Below are positions 63,680 through 64,000 of a DNA stretch of 64,000 nt, in pieces. The stretch is from Octopus sinensis (lineage: Eukaryota), in the NCBI RefSeq assembly GCF_006345805.1, contig NC_042997.1, forward strand, positions 52,328,001 to 52,392,000, written 5' to 3'. Made by a program: the position numbers and the translations under genes. Each line of letters opens with the position of its first letter. The stretch's first letter is position 1. The notes below the pieces were generated by a model that did no database searches, had not been told where the DNA came from, and worked only from the letters and a program-made list of their open reading frames with translations.

Positions 63680-64000
63680 CATCACCACCTCCATCTCCAC
63701 CACCACCACCATCAACCTCTCACTCCCCCTCTTTCCCTCCTCTCTCTGCCTTTCTTTAACATAATGCCAAACATTTTGGTAATTGCCTCCATGTGGTCCA
63801 ACACTTGAAAGGTACTCAGCCACTTTGCCTCTGTGAGGCACAATGTTCAAAAGATGTTCTTTACGTGCCACTGGCACGGGTGCACTTGAATTCATGAGTC
63901 CTCTCAAGCACAGCACATTGTCAAAGGTCTCGGTCACCAGTCATTGCCTCTGTGAGGCTCAAAGTTCAAAGATCATGCTTCACCACCTTGTCCCATGTCT
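63680..64000 (-). mobile_element. Degenerate RTE 3' fragment(s), running off the window end
   Basis: CATTGCCTCTGTGAGGC(T/C)CAA...GATCATGCTTCACCACCTTGTCCCATGTCT is the reverse complement of the RKTWDEVVKHD region. Confidence 0.7.

Overview
AT-rich, microsatellite- and transposon-dense animal genomic DNA. The repeat families (tRNA-derived SINEs, RTE LINEs with (GAT)n tails, piggyBac-type MITEs) look like an octopus/coleoid cephalopod genome; this is inferred from pattern recognition, not from a search. The only host gene I can support is Notchless homolog 1 (NLE1): three consecutive, phase-compatible + strand exons (33459-33661, 37017-37176, 42339-42409) encoding the C-terminal WD40 repeats. 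Its upstream exons and short last exon were not found. The rest is mobile DNA: Tx1-like, RTE, HERO/NeSL-like and R4-like LINE remnants, a Penelope RT/GIY-YIG remnant, a Ty3/Gypsy pol remnant, at least three SINE families and several MITE/foldback elements. The most interesting signals are: (i) an identical minimal hammerhead-ribozyme-like core in two otherwise diverged Penelope-type repeats; (ii) a young antisense RTE whose 5' truncation point coincides with the homologous position of the older RTE it interrupts; (iii) a perfect 23-bp hairpin with a template-switch footprint; (iv) a CpG-retaining block (~5-30 kb) between CpG-depleted domains; (v) inverted and tandem SINE arrangements around NLE1 exons. 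I found no evidence of a wholly new protein-coding system. Most ORFs in the track are spurious or TE-derived.
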